Below, piece after piece: positions 1 through 10,429 of a stretch of 64,000 bases of DNA. How positions within the stretch are numbered: the first letter of the stretch is position 1; each line of letters starts with the position of its first letter. The position numbers were made by a program, and so were the translations under genes. The stretch is from an uncultured Poribacteria bacterium (lineage in GTDB: Bacteria; Poribacteria; WGA-4E; WGA-3G), in assembly GCA_951813565.1 (NCBI GenBank), contig OX638351.1, positions 2,816,001-2,880,000 on the forward strand. The letters are read 5' to 3'. The notes beneath the pieces are model-generated. The model was not told the DNA's origin. It did not search any database and saw nothing but the letters and a program-made list of their open reading frames with translations.

Positions 1-1
1 G

Positions 2-709
2 GATATAGCGATAACAATTGTCGCTGCGGGTGCTATTGGCGGGATTATCGGCGCGAAAATCTACTTTATTTTTCTTGATGGTAGAATACAGTTAGACGAA
101 ATTTTTTCTCCAACCGGCTTAGTCTGGTATGGCGGACTAATCGGTGGTAGTACGGCGGCCAGTTGGGTTATCCACCGTTCGTCTAATCCGTTTTTACCGA
201 CTGTTGACGTCCTCGGACCACTCCTACTGCTTGGGTACGGTATTGGTCGTATCGGATGTTTGCTTGCTGGTGACGGTGACTACGGTCCGCCCTCTGACGT
301 GCCGTGGGCAATGGCATTCCCAAATGGCACCGTTCCAACAAATGACCTTGTCCACCCTACCCCTATCTATGAAACCCTTATTTCTTTTACGTTCTTCGGT
401 ATCCTCTGGTCACAACGGCAAAAATTTTACTCAATACCAGGAGTGCTTTTTGGTGCGAGTCTTGTTATGCTTGCCGTGGAGAGATTTACCGTAGAATTTT
501 GGCGGTTGACGCCGCGTGTGTTTCCAGCAACATCGTCTTTGTCGTGGTTGACATCACCGCAGGTCGTTAGTATAATTCTATTCTGTTTTGGAATCTTTTT
601 TATGATATGGATGTCTAAGCGACCAAAAGTGGAGATGGGTGTTGAAACCGCAACTTCGGAACCTGTAAATGAAACACCACGTCCGCAAAAACGGAGACGG
701 CGGCGGTAA
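2..709 (+). CDS. lgt: Prolipoprotein diacylglyceryl transferase, 5' truncated by window edge
   Basis: Frame open from base 2; motifs GGIIGAKIYF, GLVWYGGLIG, GRIGCLLAGDGDYG, HPTPIYE, RFTVEFWR. Confidence 0.9.
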   Translation, partial: DIAITIVAAGAIGGIIGAKIYFIFLDGRIQLDEIFSPTGLVWYGGLIGGSTAASWVIHRSSNPFLPTVDVLGPLLLLGYGIGRIGCLLAGDGDYGPPSDVPWAMAFPNGTVPTNDLVHPTPIYETLISFTFFGILWSQRQKFYSIPGVLFGASLVMLAVERFTVEFWRLTPRVFPATSSLSWLTSPQVVSIILFCFGIFFMIWMSKRPKVEMGVETATSEPVNETPRPQKRRRRR

Positions 710-756
710 TTCTATTTGTAGGAATATTTGAATCACGTTTTCAGTCTTACTCGTTC

Positions 757-2019
757 CTACTCACGCACCTGACCATCCCCATAAATAATATATTTATAAC
801 TCGTCAATCCTTCAAGTCCCATTGGACCGCGAGAATGAAGTTTCTGCGTGCTAATCCCAACCTCTGCACCCAACCCAAATTCATAACCATCGGTGAAAAC
901 GGTGCTGGCATTGACGTAAACTGCAGCGGAATCTACCTCTTTAAGAAATCGTTCCGCAGCGGTGTAACTTTCTGTGATGATCGCATCTGAATGATGTGAG
1001 CCATACGTCTCAATATGGTCAATAGCCGTATCCATGCTATCAACGACCCGAACCGATAAGATGTAATCAAGGTATTCTGTGCGCCAATCTTCTTCGGTTG
1101 CGGGTTTCGCAGCAGGATATATCTGACCGGTGTGTTCGCATCCTCGGATTTCAACCTCAGCATCTCGCAACTTGTCACAGATAATAGGTAGATATTTTTC
1201 AGCGACTGCCTCGTGAACCAATAAGGTCTCCACAGCATTGCAGACCCCGACTTTATATCCCACTTTTGCGTTCATGCAAAGTTTTGTTGCCATCTCAAGG
1301 TTAGCGGCTTCGTCAACATAGATATGACAGATACCGTCGGCATGTCCAAGCACAGGGATATCGGATTCCCGCATCAAAAATTGGACGAATTCGTTACTAC
1401 CGCGCGGAATAACAAGGTCAATGTATTCTGGGAGACGGATAAGTTCATAGACCGCTTGTCTGTCGGTGGTGTCAACAAACTGGATCGCATCTGGCACACC
1501 TTCTGCAGCAGCGGTGTCGCTGAGGATACGAGCGAGTATAGTATTGGAATGGATTGCTTCGGAACCGCCTCGCAAAATAACGCCATTGCCGGATTTGATG
1601 CAAAGTGCAGATACCTCAACAGTTACGTCAGGGCGCGACTCATACACGACACCAACGACACCGATAGGCACACGCACTGTACCGATTTTGAGTCCGTTGG
1701 GGCGTTCACCCATACTTATAACTTCTCCGATAGGATCTGGCAAGGCAGCGACTTGTCGAAGGTTGTCCGCCATCCGCTCAATTTTTTGGTCATCAATTAG
1801 GAGACGTTGCATGAGTGGCGCAGCAAGCTCTGTTTTTTTGCCGTTTTCAAGGTCAAAACGGTTTACTTCCTGAATATCGTCCTTTGATTTAAGAATATTT
1901 TCAGCCATCGCTAAAAGCGCGTTGTTTCGAATATCTGCAGAACTACGCGACAAAACGCGCATCGCTGCTTTCGCCTTTTTGGCTTTTGATTGGATCATGT
2001 GCTGAATGTTTTTGTCCAT
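757..2019 (-). CDS. proA: Gamma-glutamyl phosphate reductase
   Basis: VPIGVVGVVYESRP, LRGGSEA, CNAVETLLVH, EVGISTQKLHSRGPMGL; start chosen at ATG with AAGGA RBS. Confidence 0.97.
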   Translation of the reverse strand: MDKNIQHMIQSKAKKAKAAMRVLSRSSADIRNNALLAMAENILKSKDDIQEVNRFDLENGKKTELAAPLMQRLLIDDQKIERMADNLRQVAALPDPIGEVISMGERPNGLKIGTVRVPIGVVGVVYESRPDVTVEVSALCIKSGNGVILRGGSEAIHSNTILARILSDTAAAEGVPDAIQFVDTTDRQAVYELIRLPEYIDLVIPRGSNEFVQFLMRESDIPVLGHADGICHIYVDEAANLEMATKLCMNAKVGYKVGVCNAVETLLVHEAVAEKYLPIICDKLRDAEVEIRGCEHTGQIYPAAKPATEEDWRTEYLDYILSVRVVDSMDTAIDHIETYGSHHSDAIITESYTAAERFLKEVDSAAVYVNASTVFTDGYEFGLGAEVGISTQKLHSRGPMGLEGLTSYKYIIYGDGQVRE

Positions 2020-2052
2020 GTTATTCCTTTTGTCTATTGACAACGCTATATA

Positions 2053-2262
2053 TTATGACTGTGCCTTAGCTACATGTTTATCAATCAGTTCAAGGACAGC
2101 AGGCACCAATTCCGTAGGAATCGCCATTAACGTGCTGGATTCATTCTGCAACGCAGTTTCAGCTTCAGCGACAGCTTCATCTTCTGTCTGCTGATCGTAA
2201 TAAGCAATGACATCTCGTAAGCTTTTTTCATTCCAACCGGGTGGGAATTTATTATGTTTCAT
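2053..2262 (-). CDS. Small hypothetical protein, possibly orphan antitoxin-like
   Basis: 69-aa ORF (FPPGW...YYDQQTEDEAVAE); function is a guess. Confidence 0.5.
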   Translation of the reverse strand: MKHNKFPPGWNEKSLRDVIAYYDQQTEDEAVAEAETALQNESSTLMAIPTELVPAVLELIDKHVAKAQS

Positions 2263-2830
2263 CTATCTGGATGTTGGCAAACGTATGTTCATTATGCTTT
2301 AATTTCAAGATAATTATATCATATATCAAGTCCAAATCGCAAGTGGTGTGTAAAGTTTTTGTACTAACTTCCCATTAACTATTGTAACGACTTGTGCCAG
2401 TTAACATTTTGTTTTGTTGGTTTTCACATATATTTGCATTTGTGCTATAAACATATCGTCCCTACCAAATCAACGCCAAATGCGCCAAATCAACGGTATG
2501 AATGCCTTTTGGCATTCCCCGTATGGCATTTGGCGGGACTAAAGAGTGCTCGTCCAATCATTTTCTATAAACATATCGTCCCTACGGGACTGAAGAACAT
2601 ATAAATATATGATAATGACTTACAAACATTTCTTTTGTGAAATAAAGTTCTACAAATGGTTATTTAGCACAACTCGTTATTGTAGTGTAGTGGTATCTGC
2701 GCCCAAAGGCGTCAATTTAAGGAATTTTACCTAATATTTTGTGTATATGTAGCCCCGGAGGGGCGGAATGTGTATAGAACAGTCGGAACCCATTCACAAA
2801 GCCCCGGAGGGGCGAAAGGTGTAATTATAT

Positions 2831-3151
2831 GAGGGGTGTGCATAAATATTTGGCACATCAACACAGACAGGGACAGACACCATGTGCCGCTTGATTTATA
2901 GAAATGCGTTTGTAGTCGCGCAATTCATTGCCAAATCAACGCAGCATGCGCCAAATCAAGAAATCAACGGTATGAATCATGGCGAATGCCATACGCGCAT
3001 TCGTCTTTAGTCATTCACCGGGTATGAATGCCTTATGGCATTCCCCGTGTGGCATGCTGCGCCTCTTTGAACTTGTGGACGGAAACCCACGGCGTGTGCG
3101 GACTACCTTTAAGCGCATATTTAACATCGGAATTATTTATGCACACCCCTC
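2831..3151. mobile_element. MITE, copy 1
   Basis: TIRs GAGGGGTGTGCATAAATA / TATTTATGCACACCCCTC; 8-bp TSD AATTATAT; sits inside a palindromic REP-like repeat (~2750-3245). Confidence 0.85.
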
Positions 3152-3432
3152 AATTATATGGGGTTGCAATACACCTTTCGCCCCTCTGGGGCTAAATGAG
3201 GTGTTTGATACCATTTCCTATACACATTCCGCACCGCTGGTGCTTGCTGCCTGCTAATCAACACCTTTTGCTTATAGCCACACTAAATTGAAAGTTATGG
3301 GTTTCGCTCCGCTCTACCTAACGGACGATACTATTATGAAGCATTAACGTGTGTCATAAAATGCGTCAGAAATAGAAAACTAAATAACCCTGGACACACT
3401 TGCTCTATAATTGTAAATCTCAAAGGTGTGCA

Positions 3433-4629
3433 TCAACCAAGCAATACGAGGTTATCCCGATGTATAATTTCATCGTAATCGTGATAACCGAGAATTTTTT
3501 CTATATCCTGCGTCTGCTTTCCAGCGAGTTTTGAAGTTTCTGTGGAGTTATAATTTATCAAGCCACGAGCGAATTCCACTCCATTTTCGGTGAAACACGA
3601 GACCGTATCACTGTAATTAAAATGTCCTTCGACGCGCCGAATACCTGCAGGCAATAAACTTTTTCCACCTTGCACAAGTGCGTCTCGTGCGCCATTGTCT
3701 ACAACAAGGTAACCTTTGGGTGGACGTGAATAGGCGATCCAGCGTTTACGTCCAGAGATACGAGTATTGGGAAGGAAAAGTGTGCCGAGCAGTTCGCCTT
3801 TAAGGAGGCGCGTAACTATAAGAGGCTCTCGACCATACGCGATAACTACCATTTCCCCAGAAGCAGTAACAATTTCGGAGGCTCGCAACTTGGTAATCAT
3901 GCCGCCAGTACCGCTGGTTGTGCCAGCTTGCCCCGCGGCTTTCCACATTTCCTCCGAAATAACGTTGACGGTGTGGATTAATTCCGAATCTGGATTTTGT
4001 CTCGGATCTTCTGTGAAAAAACCGTGCTGATCGGAGAGAATAACGAGGAGATCGGCTTGGACAAGGTTTGTTACGTAGGCTGAAAGTGTATCGTTATCGC
4101 CTACCTTAATTTCGTCTACAGCGACACTGTCGTTTTCATTAATAATAGGAATGGCATCAAGTTGAAGCAGCGCATGCAAAGCGTCATTCATACGGGTGTA
4201 ACGTTTCCTGTCGGAGAAATCATCCTGTGTGAGCAAATGCGTGCTGCACACTTGTTGATAGTGGCGGAAACGTTCTTCGTAAGCAGCCATCAATCGAATC
4301 TGTCCGACAGCAGCAGATGCTTGCAACTCGGGTAACGTCTGCGGTTTTGTGCTAAGACCGAGATAGGGCCACCCTGCCGCAATCGCTCCCGACGTGACCA
4401 AGATAACTTCAACTCCATTTTGTTTAACAGTCGCTAAATCGTGAACAAGACCATCAAGGGCAGATTCATTGATGCGCAGGTTGTCTGAAATGGTGCTACT
4501 ACCAACTTTTACGACAATGCGTTGGACATTAGATAAACATTCACGATCTCTAACCTGCTTATGTTGATCCATACCGTTGATTTGTCGGTGCGACTGTGTC
4601 TGAGTGAAAATCTCACCAGATTTTTCCAT
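3433..4629 (-). CDS. proB: Glutamate 5-kinase with PUA domain (start uncertain)
   Basis: RIVVKVGSS, PIINENDSV, GDNDTLSA, GTGGMITKL, SLLPAGI, IIHRDNLV. Confidence 0.97.
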   Translation of the reverse strand: MEKSGEIFTQTQSHRQINGMDQHKQVRDRECLSNVQRIVVKVGSSTISDNLRINESALDGLVHDLATVKQNGVEVILVTSGAIAAGWPYLGLSTKPQTLPELQASAAVGQIRLMAAYEERFRHYQQVCSTHLLTQDDFSDRKRYTRMNDALHALLQLDAIPIINENDSVAVDEIKVGDNDTLSAYVTNLVQADLLVILSDQHGFFTEDPRQNPDSELIHTVNVISEEMWKAAGQAGTTSGTGGMITKLRASEIVTASGEMVVIAYGREPLIVTRLLKGELLGTLFLPNTRISGRKRWIAYSRPPKGYLVVDNGARDALVQGGKSLLPAGIRRVEGHFNYSDTVSCFTENGVEFARGLINYNSTETSKLAGKQTQDIEKILGYHDYDEIIHRDNLVLLG

Positions 4630-4640
4630 TCTGTGTCACT

Positions 4641-5933
4641 TTATCTAATCATTTTCGGACTATAGGTAAATTCGAATTCATCAATCTGAATTGTATCCCC
4701 TTCTTTGACGTCAGAACGAGTAAGAGCGTTTATTACGCCCATCTTTTTTAGTTTCCGAAACAGCAGCATCAACGCTTGTTCGTTTTCCATATCGGTCATA
4801 ACAACGGCACGTCTCGGTTCATCACCAGTGACGACAAATCCGTTTTCAGTTTTATGGAGTTCAAACCGTGCACGCGGTTCAGGCGGAAGTTCAGGTTCAA
4901 AAGTAATCGTTGTTTCAGCTTGTTCTCGTGCCTTTGCTTCAAGATATTGTAAGGAACGGTATGCCTGTTGCATCAAAGCGTTTACGCCCTCACCTGTAAT
5001 GGCAGAGATAGGAAAAACTTTTCGCTTACCGAAATATTCTTGTACGCGTGCTAAGTTTGCCTCTGCTTCTGGTGTATCAATTTTATTTAATGCAATGAGT
5101 TGGGGAAGATCGGTCAACATTGGATTGTAATGTCCGAGTTCAAGATTTAGCTGCTCATAGTCCTTAATCGGGTCCCGACCGTCTGTGGCACTGAGGTCAA
5201 TCACATGAATCAGCATTTTGGTGCGTTCAATGTGTCGTAAAAATTGGTGTCCTAATCCTGCACCCTTATGTGCACCTTCTATCAGTCCGGGGATATCCGC
5301 AAGCACAAAATTCTGCTCTTGATTAATGCGGACAACACCGAGGTTTGGGCTAAGGGTTGTAAATGGATAGGAGGCGATTTTTGGCGTAGCAGCAGAGGTT
5401 CGGGCTAACAGCGTGGATTTACCAGCATTCGGATAACCGACTAACCCAACATCGGCGATGAGTTTGACTTCAAGGCTTATCTCACGTTCTTGCCCAGGTT
5501 CACCTTTTTCAGCCACGCGTGGGACCTGAAAAGTGCTGCTTTTAAAGCGAGAATTGCCTTTACCACCGATGCCGCCGCGTGCTGCTACAACAGTTTGGTC
5601 AGCTTCCGTCAGGTCTGCAAGCATCTCACCAGTGTCAAAATCTTTGATGATGGTGCCGACAGGAACTTTAATAATACGATCAGCGCCATCAGCACCGGAC
5701 CGCTGCTTACCTGCACCGTGTGCACCGCTTTCGGCGACCTGACGAGGGTTATGGCGTAGATCAATTAGGGTGCTCATCCCAAGGGTAGCAACAAGGATGA
5801 TGTTTCCGCCGTTTCCACCATCACCACCATCGGGACCGCCGCGTGGCACATATTTCTCACGGCGAAAACTGATACACCCGTTGCCACCATTGCCTGCTTT
5901 GACTTGAATTCTTGCTGTGTCCATCTCTGTCAT
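4641..5933 (-). CDS. obgE: GTPase ObgE/CgtA
   Basis: Gly-rich Obg N-domain (FRREKYVPRGGPDGGDGG), GYPNAGKST, YPFTTL, DIPGLIEGA, NKID. Confidence 0.97.
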   Translation of the reverse strand: MTEMDTARIQVKAGNGGNGCISFRREKYVPRGGPDGGDGGNGGNIILVATLGMSTLIDLRHNPRQVAESGAHGAGKQRSGADGADRIIKVPVGTIIKDFDTGEMLADLTEADQTVVAARGGIGGKGNSRFKSSTFQVPRVAEKGEPGQEREISLEVKLIADVGLVGYPNAGKSTLLARTSAATPKIASYPFTTLSPNLGVVRINQEQNFVLADIPGLIEGAHKGAGLGHQFLRHIERTKMLIHVIDLSATDGRDPIKDYEQLNLELGHYNPMLTDLPQLIALNKIDTPEAEANLARVQEYFGKRKVFPISAITGEGVNALMQQAYRSLQYLEAKAREQAETTITFEPELPPEPRARFELHKTENGFVVTGDEPRRAVVMTDMENEQALMLLFRKLKKMGVINALTRSDVKEGDTIQIDEFEFTYSPKMIR

Positions 5934-6020
5934 AGGTACCCACTACCTAAAGGTAGGGGCTTGTGCTTCCTTGCGACTGCGGTTTTCTCAGAGAGTTGAC
6001 CGTCTTATTGTCGCTCCACT

Positions 6021-7133
6021 TTAGGCAGCCAAGCCTGCCTGTTTGATATTGATAGCAGCATTGATGTCTCTGTCGTGGTGTGAACCACATTCGGGACATG
6101 TCCACTGTCTATCTGCGAGAGAGAGTTCTTTGTTATGGTATCCACAATCACTACAAGGTTTTGTTGTTGCTATCCATTGAGAGATTTGCACAAGTTTTTT
6201 GCCGTGCTTCGCACACTTCTGTTCCAATATCTGAAGAAACTGGTAGAAAGAATGGTCAGAAACTTTACGTCCCCATAATCGTTTCATACCGTCAAGGTTC
6301 AGCGTTTCCAAAATGAGTGTGTCAAACTCTACACAAAGTTTTGAGGCAAGTTTCCATTGCCAATCTTCTCTTTGTCGGGCAACTTTTCTGTGTTGCCTTG
6401 CTAAAGCACGGCACGCACGATAATAGTTGTTAGAACCTTTGACTTTACGACTGAGTGCTTTGTTGAGAGATCGCAACGTGTTGAGTGATTGTTTGAAAAA
6501 CTGCGGAGATTGTCCCTTGTTGCCTTCGTCGCTTGTGAGGAACGTTTTGTTTCCGTAATCAAATCCTGCGCTCTTACCCGTCTTGGGTTTGGGTTCGGAA
6601 TCCTCAACATTCTCGCACGAAAAGCATATCCAATAGTCACCGCACCTGTCACGTTTGATCGTGATCGTCTTGATGACACCTTTGATTTCACGGTGTTTGT
6701 GAAAGGAAAACCATGTATCTATACAGTTGATTTTGATACGGTTATCTTCAAGTTTGTAGCCCGCTTGTGTGAAGGTCATGGAGTTGTATTTGTGTCTCGG
6801 TTTGATTTTCGGTCTACCCACTTTACGCGTTGTTTTGCCCGCTTTTCGGTCTTCGATATTCTCAAAGAAAGCGTCTTGAGATTTACCATAACGTAGGACA
6901 ACGTCTTGAACAACTTGACTCGGCAAGTCCGCCCAGTGTGGTTTAGTTGTTTTTTTGAGTTTCGCAACATGTGCCTTCAGACGATACGCAGACAAATTTT
7001 TGCCGAACATGCGATAATACCTACGTGCCAAACGCATGATATGTAGATGGATTTCCCACATATCATCAAGCATATTGCCGAGTTTGATTGTGTTAGATTG
7101 GTGTTGAAGTTTGAACTTGTGAGATTTTCTCAT
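6021..7133 (-). CDS. tnpB: RNA-guided endonuclease TnpB
   Basis: RuvC-I GFDYG, RuvC-II LETLNL, zinc finger CSDCG..CPECG, RuvC-III HDRDINAAINI; catalytic residues intact. Confidence 0.95.
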   Translation of the reverse strand: MRKSHKFKLQHQSNTIKLGNMLDDMWEIHLHIMRLARRYYRMFGKNLSAYRLKAHVAKLKKTTKPHWADLPSQVVQDVVLRYGKSQDAFFENIEDRKAGKTTRKVGRPKIKPRHKYNSMTFTQAGYKLEDNRIKINCIDTWFSFHKHREIKGVIKTITIKRDRCGDYWICFSCENVEDSEPKPKTGKSAGFDYGNKTFLTSDEGNKGQSPQFFKQSLNTLRSLNKALSRKVKGSNNYYRACRALARQHRKVARQREDWQWKLASKLCVEFDTLILETLNLDGMKRLWGRKVSDHSFYQFLQILEQKCAKHGKKLVQISQWIATTKPCSDCGYHNKELSLADRQWTCPECGSHHDRDINAAINIKQAGLAA

Positions 7134-7183
7134 TGTCCACTTTGACCTTCAATATAGTCTTTTATCACTTCAAGAGTTACACT
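7130..7183 (-). pseudogene. tnpA: C-terminal remnant of Y1 transposase TnpA
   Basis: Translates SVTLEVIKDYIEGQSGQ*, matching the IS200 TnpA YxxxQ helix; stop overlaps tnpB ATG. Confidence 0.65.
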
Positions 7184-7230
7184 GTAGTATGATATATTAT
7201 ACCACATTGTGATTAGATTGAAAAGTATAT

Positions 7231-8320
7231 CAGGACTTACGCAGTCTTGAAGATTATTGAAGGATTTGAGAGTTGATGTCGTAAATAATCGTCCAATAAG
7301 CTATCTTTAAGCTCATAAATTGTTCTACCAACTGCACGGGCAGTGCGTGTCAAACAGACCCATACTTGAAAACAACACGCAATATGATTTCTTTGCGCAC
7401 GCAACTTGCGACATTGACATTTACCAATACCAGTGACTTGTTTGATCTCACGATGAAATTGCTCAATCTTCCAACGCACTTTACATTCTTGGATTGTGGC
7501 ATCCGCATCTGATTGAGATAAATCGTTTGTAGCGATATATACCTTGTGTCCGTTAGAGGACGCTATCCGGAACAACTTCACTTGATGTCCATTTGGAAAC
7601 TTATTGATGTGCACGCGTTTTCCTTGTCGTATTTCTGTTTGGGTCCAACATAAATCTTGGACTTGTTGGTGTTGTTCAACACCATCCGTATCATTGACAA
7701 GACGATTACGCTTGAGAGGCACATAGTAAATCTTGGAAAGTTTTTCAATCGCTTTGATGACTTTCATTGACGCATACCAAGCATCCATGAGCACAGTCCG
7801 AAACGGGAGTTGTTTTTTCAAGTAGACATTGTGCAACATTTCCAGTAAATGGTCTATTTTGGTTTTACCATCATGATCTTTGTCAAAAATACGATAATCA
7901 ATGATCCAATATTCTTGCGTCTTTGGATTGACATAAAGACACGTGACAATACCGATGCCTACAACGACTTTTTTGTCGCTACCACTCCATTGAGAACGAA
8001 GGGCTTCAATCTCTTTGGCATGGAGTTTAGGAAGCACAAAATCATCAAAAACTATGTATCCTTCATCATCATACTCAATGTCATCCTTTACGGATTGCCA
8101 GAGTTCGCTTGAAGAAATGTTTTCATTTCTCAAGAAACGATTGAGTTGATCGTGGCTCCATTTTTCTGTCTGAGCAGCAAAGTAGGTTTGTGTCCAATTC
8201 GTGAAACTTGCTATCAAAAACTGACAATAATCGGAAAATAGGTTTTCCTTCTTTTGAGAGTGGGAAAATGTAATCATAATAGAATAGTATACACCATTTT
8301 ATAAAAATGCGTAAGTCCTG
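7231..8320 (-). mobile_element. IS701-like insertion sequence, 1090 bp
   Basis: TIR CAGGACTTACGCA / TGCGTAAGTCCTG; flanking direct repeat AGTATAT. Confidence 0.9.
7237..8277 (-). CDS. IS701-family DDE transposase
   Basis: IVFDD, VLMDAWY, RWKIEQFHREIKQVTG, CQCRKLRAQRNH. Confidence 0.9.
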   Translation of the reverse strand: MITFSHSQKKENLFSDYCQFLIASFTNWTQTYFAAQTEKWSHDQLNRFLRNENISSSELWQSVKDDIEYDDEGYIVFDDFVLPKLHAKEIEALRSQWSGSDKKVVVGIGIVTCLYVNPKTQEYWIIDYRIFDKDHDGKTKIDHLLEMLHNVYLKKQLPFRTVLMDAWYASMKVIKAIEKLSKIYYVPLKRNRLVNDTDGVEQHQQVQDLCWTQTEIRQGKRVHINKFPNGHQVKLFRIASSNGHKVYIATNDLSQSDADATIQECKVRWKIEQFHREIKQVTGIGKCQCRKLRAQRNHIACCFQVWVCLTRTARAVGRTIYELKDSLLDDYLRHQLSNPSIIFKTA

Positions 8321-8571
8321 AGTATATTTTAAATCAAAACTTTCGCCGTCTACATCCCCTACCTAAAGGCAGGGGGTTTGACGGGGAGTGCTAAACGATA
8401 AAGTTATACCAATTCTATAAATGAATTTCCCTTTCGAATTAGAATGTCCGAGGCGCAATAAATTGCGCGACTACGAACCAGCTATTTCTTAAAAGGTATG
8501 TTATTTTATAGAAATGGTATTAGGATTGTAAGGAAACTCAGAGACCTTGCATTATAAATTGGTCCGTATGA

Positions 8572-9414
8572 TCAAGGGGTATAATCTGATAGGTTAATAT
8601 CACTTTTAAGGGTGAATGTTGCGGAACGATTGGTATGCGGTGGATTCCATGTTATAGTAACCAGTACTTCTGGTAGAATCGTTCGAATGACGAGCCTAAC
8701 GCCGGATCCGCGTTCGCCTCCAGTGACCTGTGCAAACTCTGTTGCTTCACCACCATCTACGGTAATAGTGAACCCGTATCCCTCAAGCGAATTTGGTAAC
8801 CCACGCGGTCCACTATAGTCATCCGGGTAGTATATCCACACTATCCATTCGTCTCCGCGCAAGTTATTCGAGGGATTGCTAAAAACGTAATGTGAAACAA
8901 TATTATTGGGCGGACTATCGTCATTAGGCGGAGTGCCACCAGTGGGTGGTGTGCCATCATTAGGCGGAGTGCCATTCGTAGGAGGATTTCCGCTTGTGGG
9001 CGGGTTCCCATTCGTGGGTGGATTGCCACCGGATGGAGTGTCAACAATAGGTACTGGACCACCGTCTTTTGGTGGTAAATCGCTTATTATATCAGTATTA
9101 TCCCTTATTTTTTCTGCTTGCAATATAGTTCTGCCTTCGTAGGAGAAAACGTACCTGATACGTGATGGATAAATATGGACTATAGGTGAGGTACTATCTT
9201 TTCCTTTTGGATAAAGTGTTAGGCAAATTGAATCGTACCCACTCTGAAGGCATAGCGTTTCCCCATCAGGTGAAACAAGATATTTATCTATGTCTGCAGG
9301 TGTTAGCATTGAATCTGTAGAACCAATATAAGGCATATCAGAACATCCGGTTACGCAGGCAAGTATAATTATAGTATACGTTAGTTTTAGCAGTAAAGAT
9401 TTGATTTTCTGCAT
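8572..9414 (-). CDS. Hypothetical lipoprotein with Pro-rich tandem repeats
   Basis: Lipobox VTGC; repeated (G-N/T-P-P-T/N-x) hexapeptides; paralog of next gene. Confidence 0.75.
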   Translation of the reverse strand: MQKIKSLLLKLTYTIIILACVTGCSDMPYIGSTDSMLTPADIDKYLVSPDGETLCLQSGYDSICLTLYPKGKDSTSPIVHIYPSRIRYVFSYEGRTILQAEKIRDNTDIISDLPPKDGGPVPIVDTPSGGNPPTNGNPPTSGNPPTNGTPPNDGTPPTGGTPPNDDSPPNNIVSHYVFSNPSNNLRGDEWIVWIYYPDDYSGPRGLPNSLEGYGFTITVDGGEATEFAQVTGGERGSGVRLVIRTILPEVLVTITWNPPHTNRSATFTLKSDINLSDYTP

Positions 9415-9434
9415 GATACCACTCCTTGTAGGAT

Positions 9435-10253
9435 CTACGGTAAAAGTTCCAATTGGAAAATACTTCTGTCCTGATCAGCTGCCACATCATCAGCGTTGAC
9501 ATAGAACTTTGCTGTATAACCGGAGATTAATCCGTCCACATGAATTGTCATCTCGGAATTCTCCGTGTCAACAGAGAATTGAACGCCACGGGTGCCATCA
9601 GCTCCGTTGATTTGTGTGAAGTTTTCCACTTCAAGTTCTTCCCATGAATTAATTCTTAACTTCATTCCTTCTGCGATTCTGATGTCAAGTCCGCTGGTTT
9701 GAGGTGTTCTGCCACGATTTGCTTCTGGGAATGACGCTGGATAGTATATTTGGAGAGTCCAACCTTTGTTAATGTTGTTAGCATTACCTGTATTTGGTGT
9801 AAAACTATCTGGGGGCAGCTGAACTCTTTCGGAATCTACCAACCCTTGTACAATTTCCGTGGTGTCCATTGCCTTTTCTGCCAGCAAAATTGGAAGATCT
9901 TCAAAATAGAAGATGTAGGCTACGCTTGCTGGATGAACGTGAACATAGGCCGCACCATCCCCCTGAATGTCAGCCTCGACTTGTGTATATTTTAGACAAA
10001 TCGTATCAAATCCATCTTGTAAGCAGATTTTATCTTCACCTGTTGAACTGAGATACCTGTCTACATTATCCACAGTAAGTATTGGGCCAGTGTAAGGCGT
10101 CTCGGAACATCCGATTACGGTGAAAAATAAGATAAGAAACGGAGTGAGAAATTTCAAAAATTTGAGATCTTTAAGCCTTATCAGCGTATCAGCAAATGTT
10201 TTAGCACCGTGCTGGCAAGACGTTTCTTGGATTCCTAATTTGATTTTTGACAT
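9435..10253 (-). CDS. Hypothetical lipoprotein, paralog of 8572-9414
   Basis: Lipobox VIGC; shared CLQxG(Y/F)DxICL and WxxxIYYP motifs. Confidence 0.75.
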   Translation of the reverse strand: MSKIKLGIQETSCQHGAKTFADTLIRLKDLKFLKFLTPFLILFFTVIGCSETPYTGPILTVDNVDRYLSSTGEDKICLQDGFDTICLKYTQVEADIQGDGAAYVHVHPASVAYIFYFEDLPILLAEKAMDTTEIVQGLVDSERVQLPPDSFTPNTGNANNINKGWTLQIYYPASFPEANRGRTPQTSGLDIRIAEGMKLRINSWEELEVENFTQINGADGTRGVQFSVDTENSEMTIHVDGLISGYTAKFYVNADDVAADQDRSIFQLELLP

Positions 10254-10429
10254 GATGGTTTCTCCTTTTGTTTGAGTCTACGTCTGTTTGGAAAATAGAC
10301 GCGTATATTTATTATCACACTTCTAACTGACATATTTCTTTATATTGTAAGGACTTACTATAAGTGTGTCCAAATCAGTAACAGGAAACGTTCTCAAAAT
10401 TTCAATTCGTTCAAAGAGAATAAATTCAA

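Larger units (their letters stand above)
5935..8390 (-). mobile_element. IS200/IS605-family element (tnpB plus tnpA remnant), interrupted by IS701-like element; ends approximate
   Basis: Matching subterminal hairpins CC(A/C)CTACCTAAAGG(T/C)AGGGG at ~5940-5960 and ~8356-8376 flank tnpB. Confidence 0.75.
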
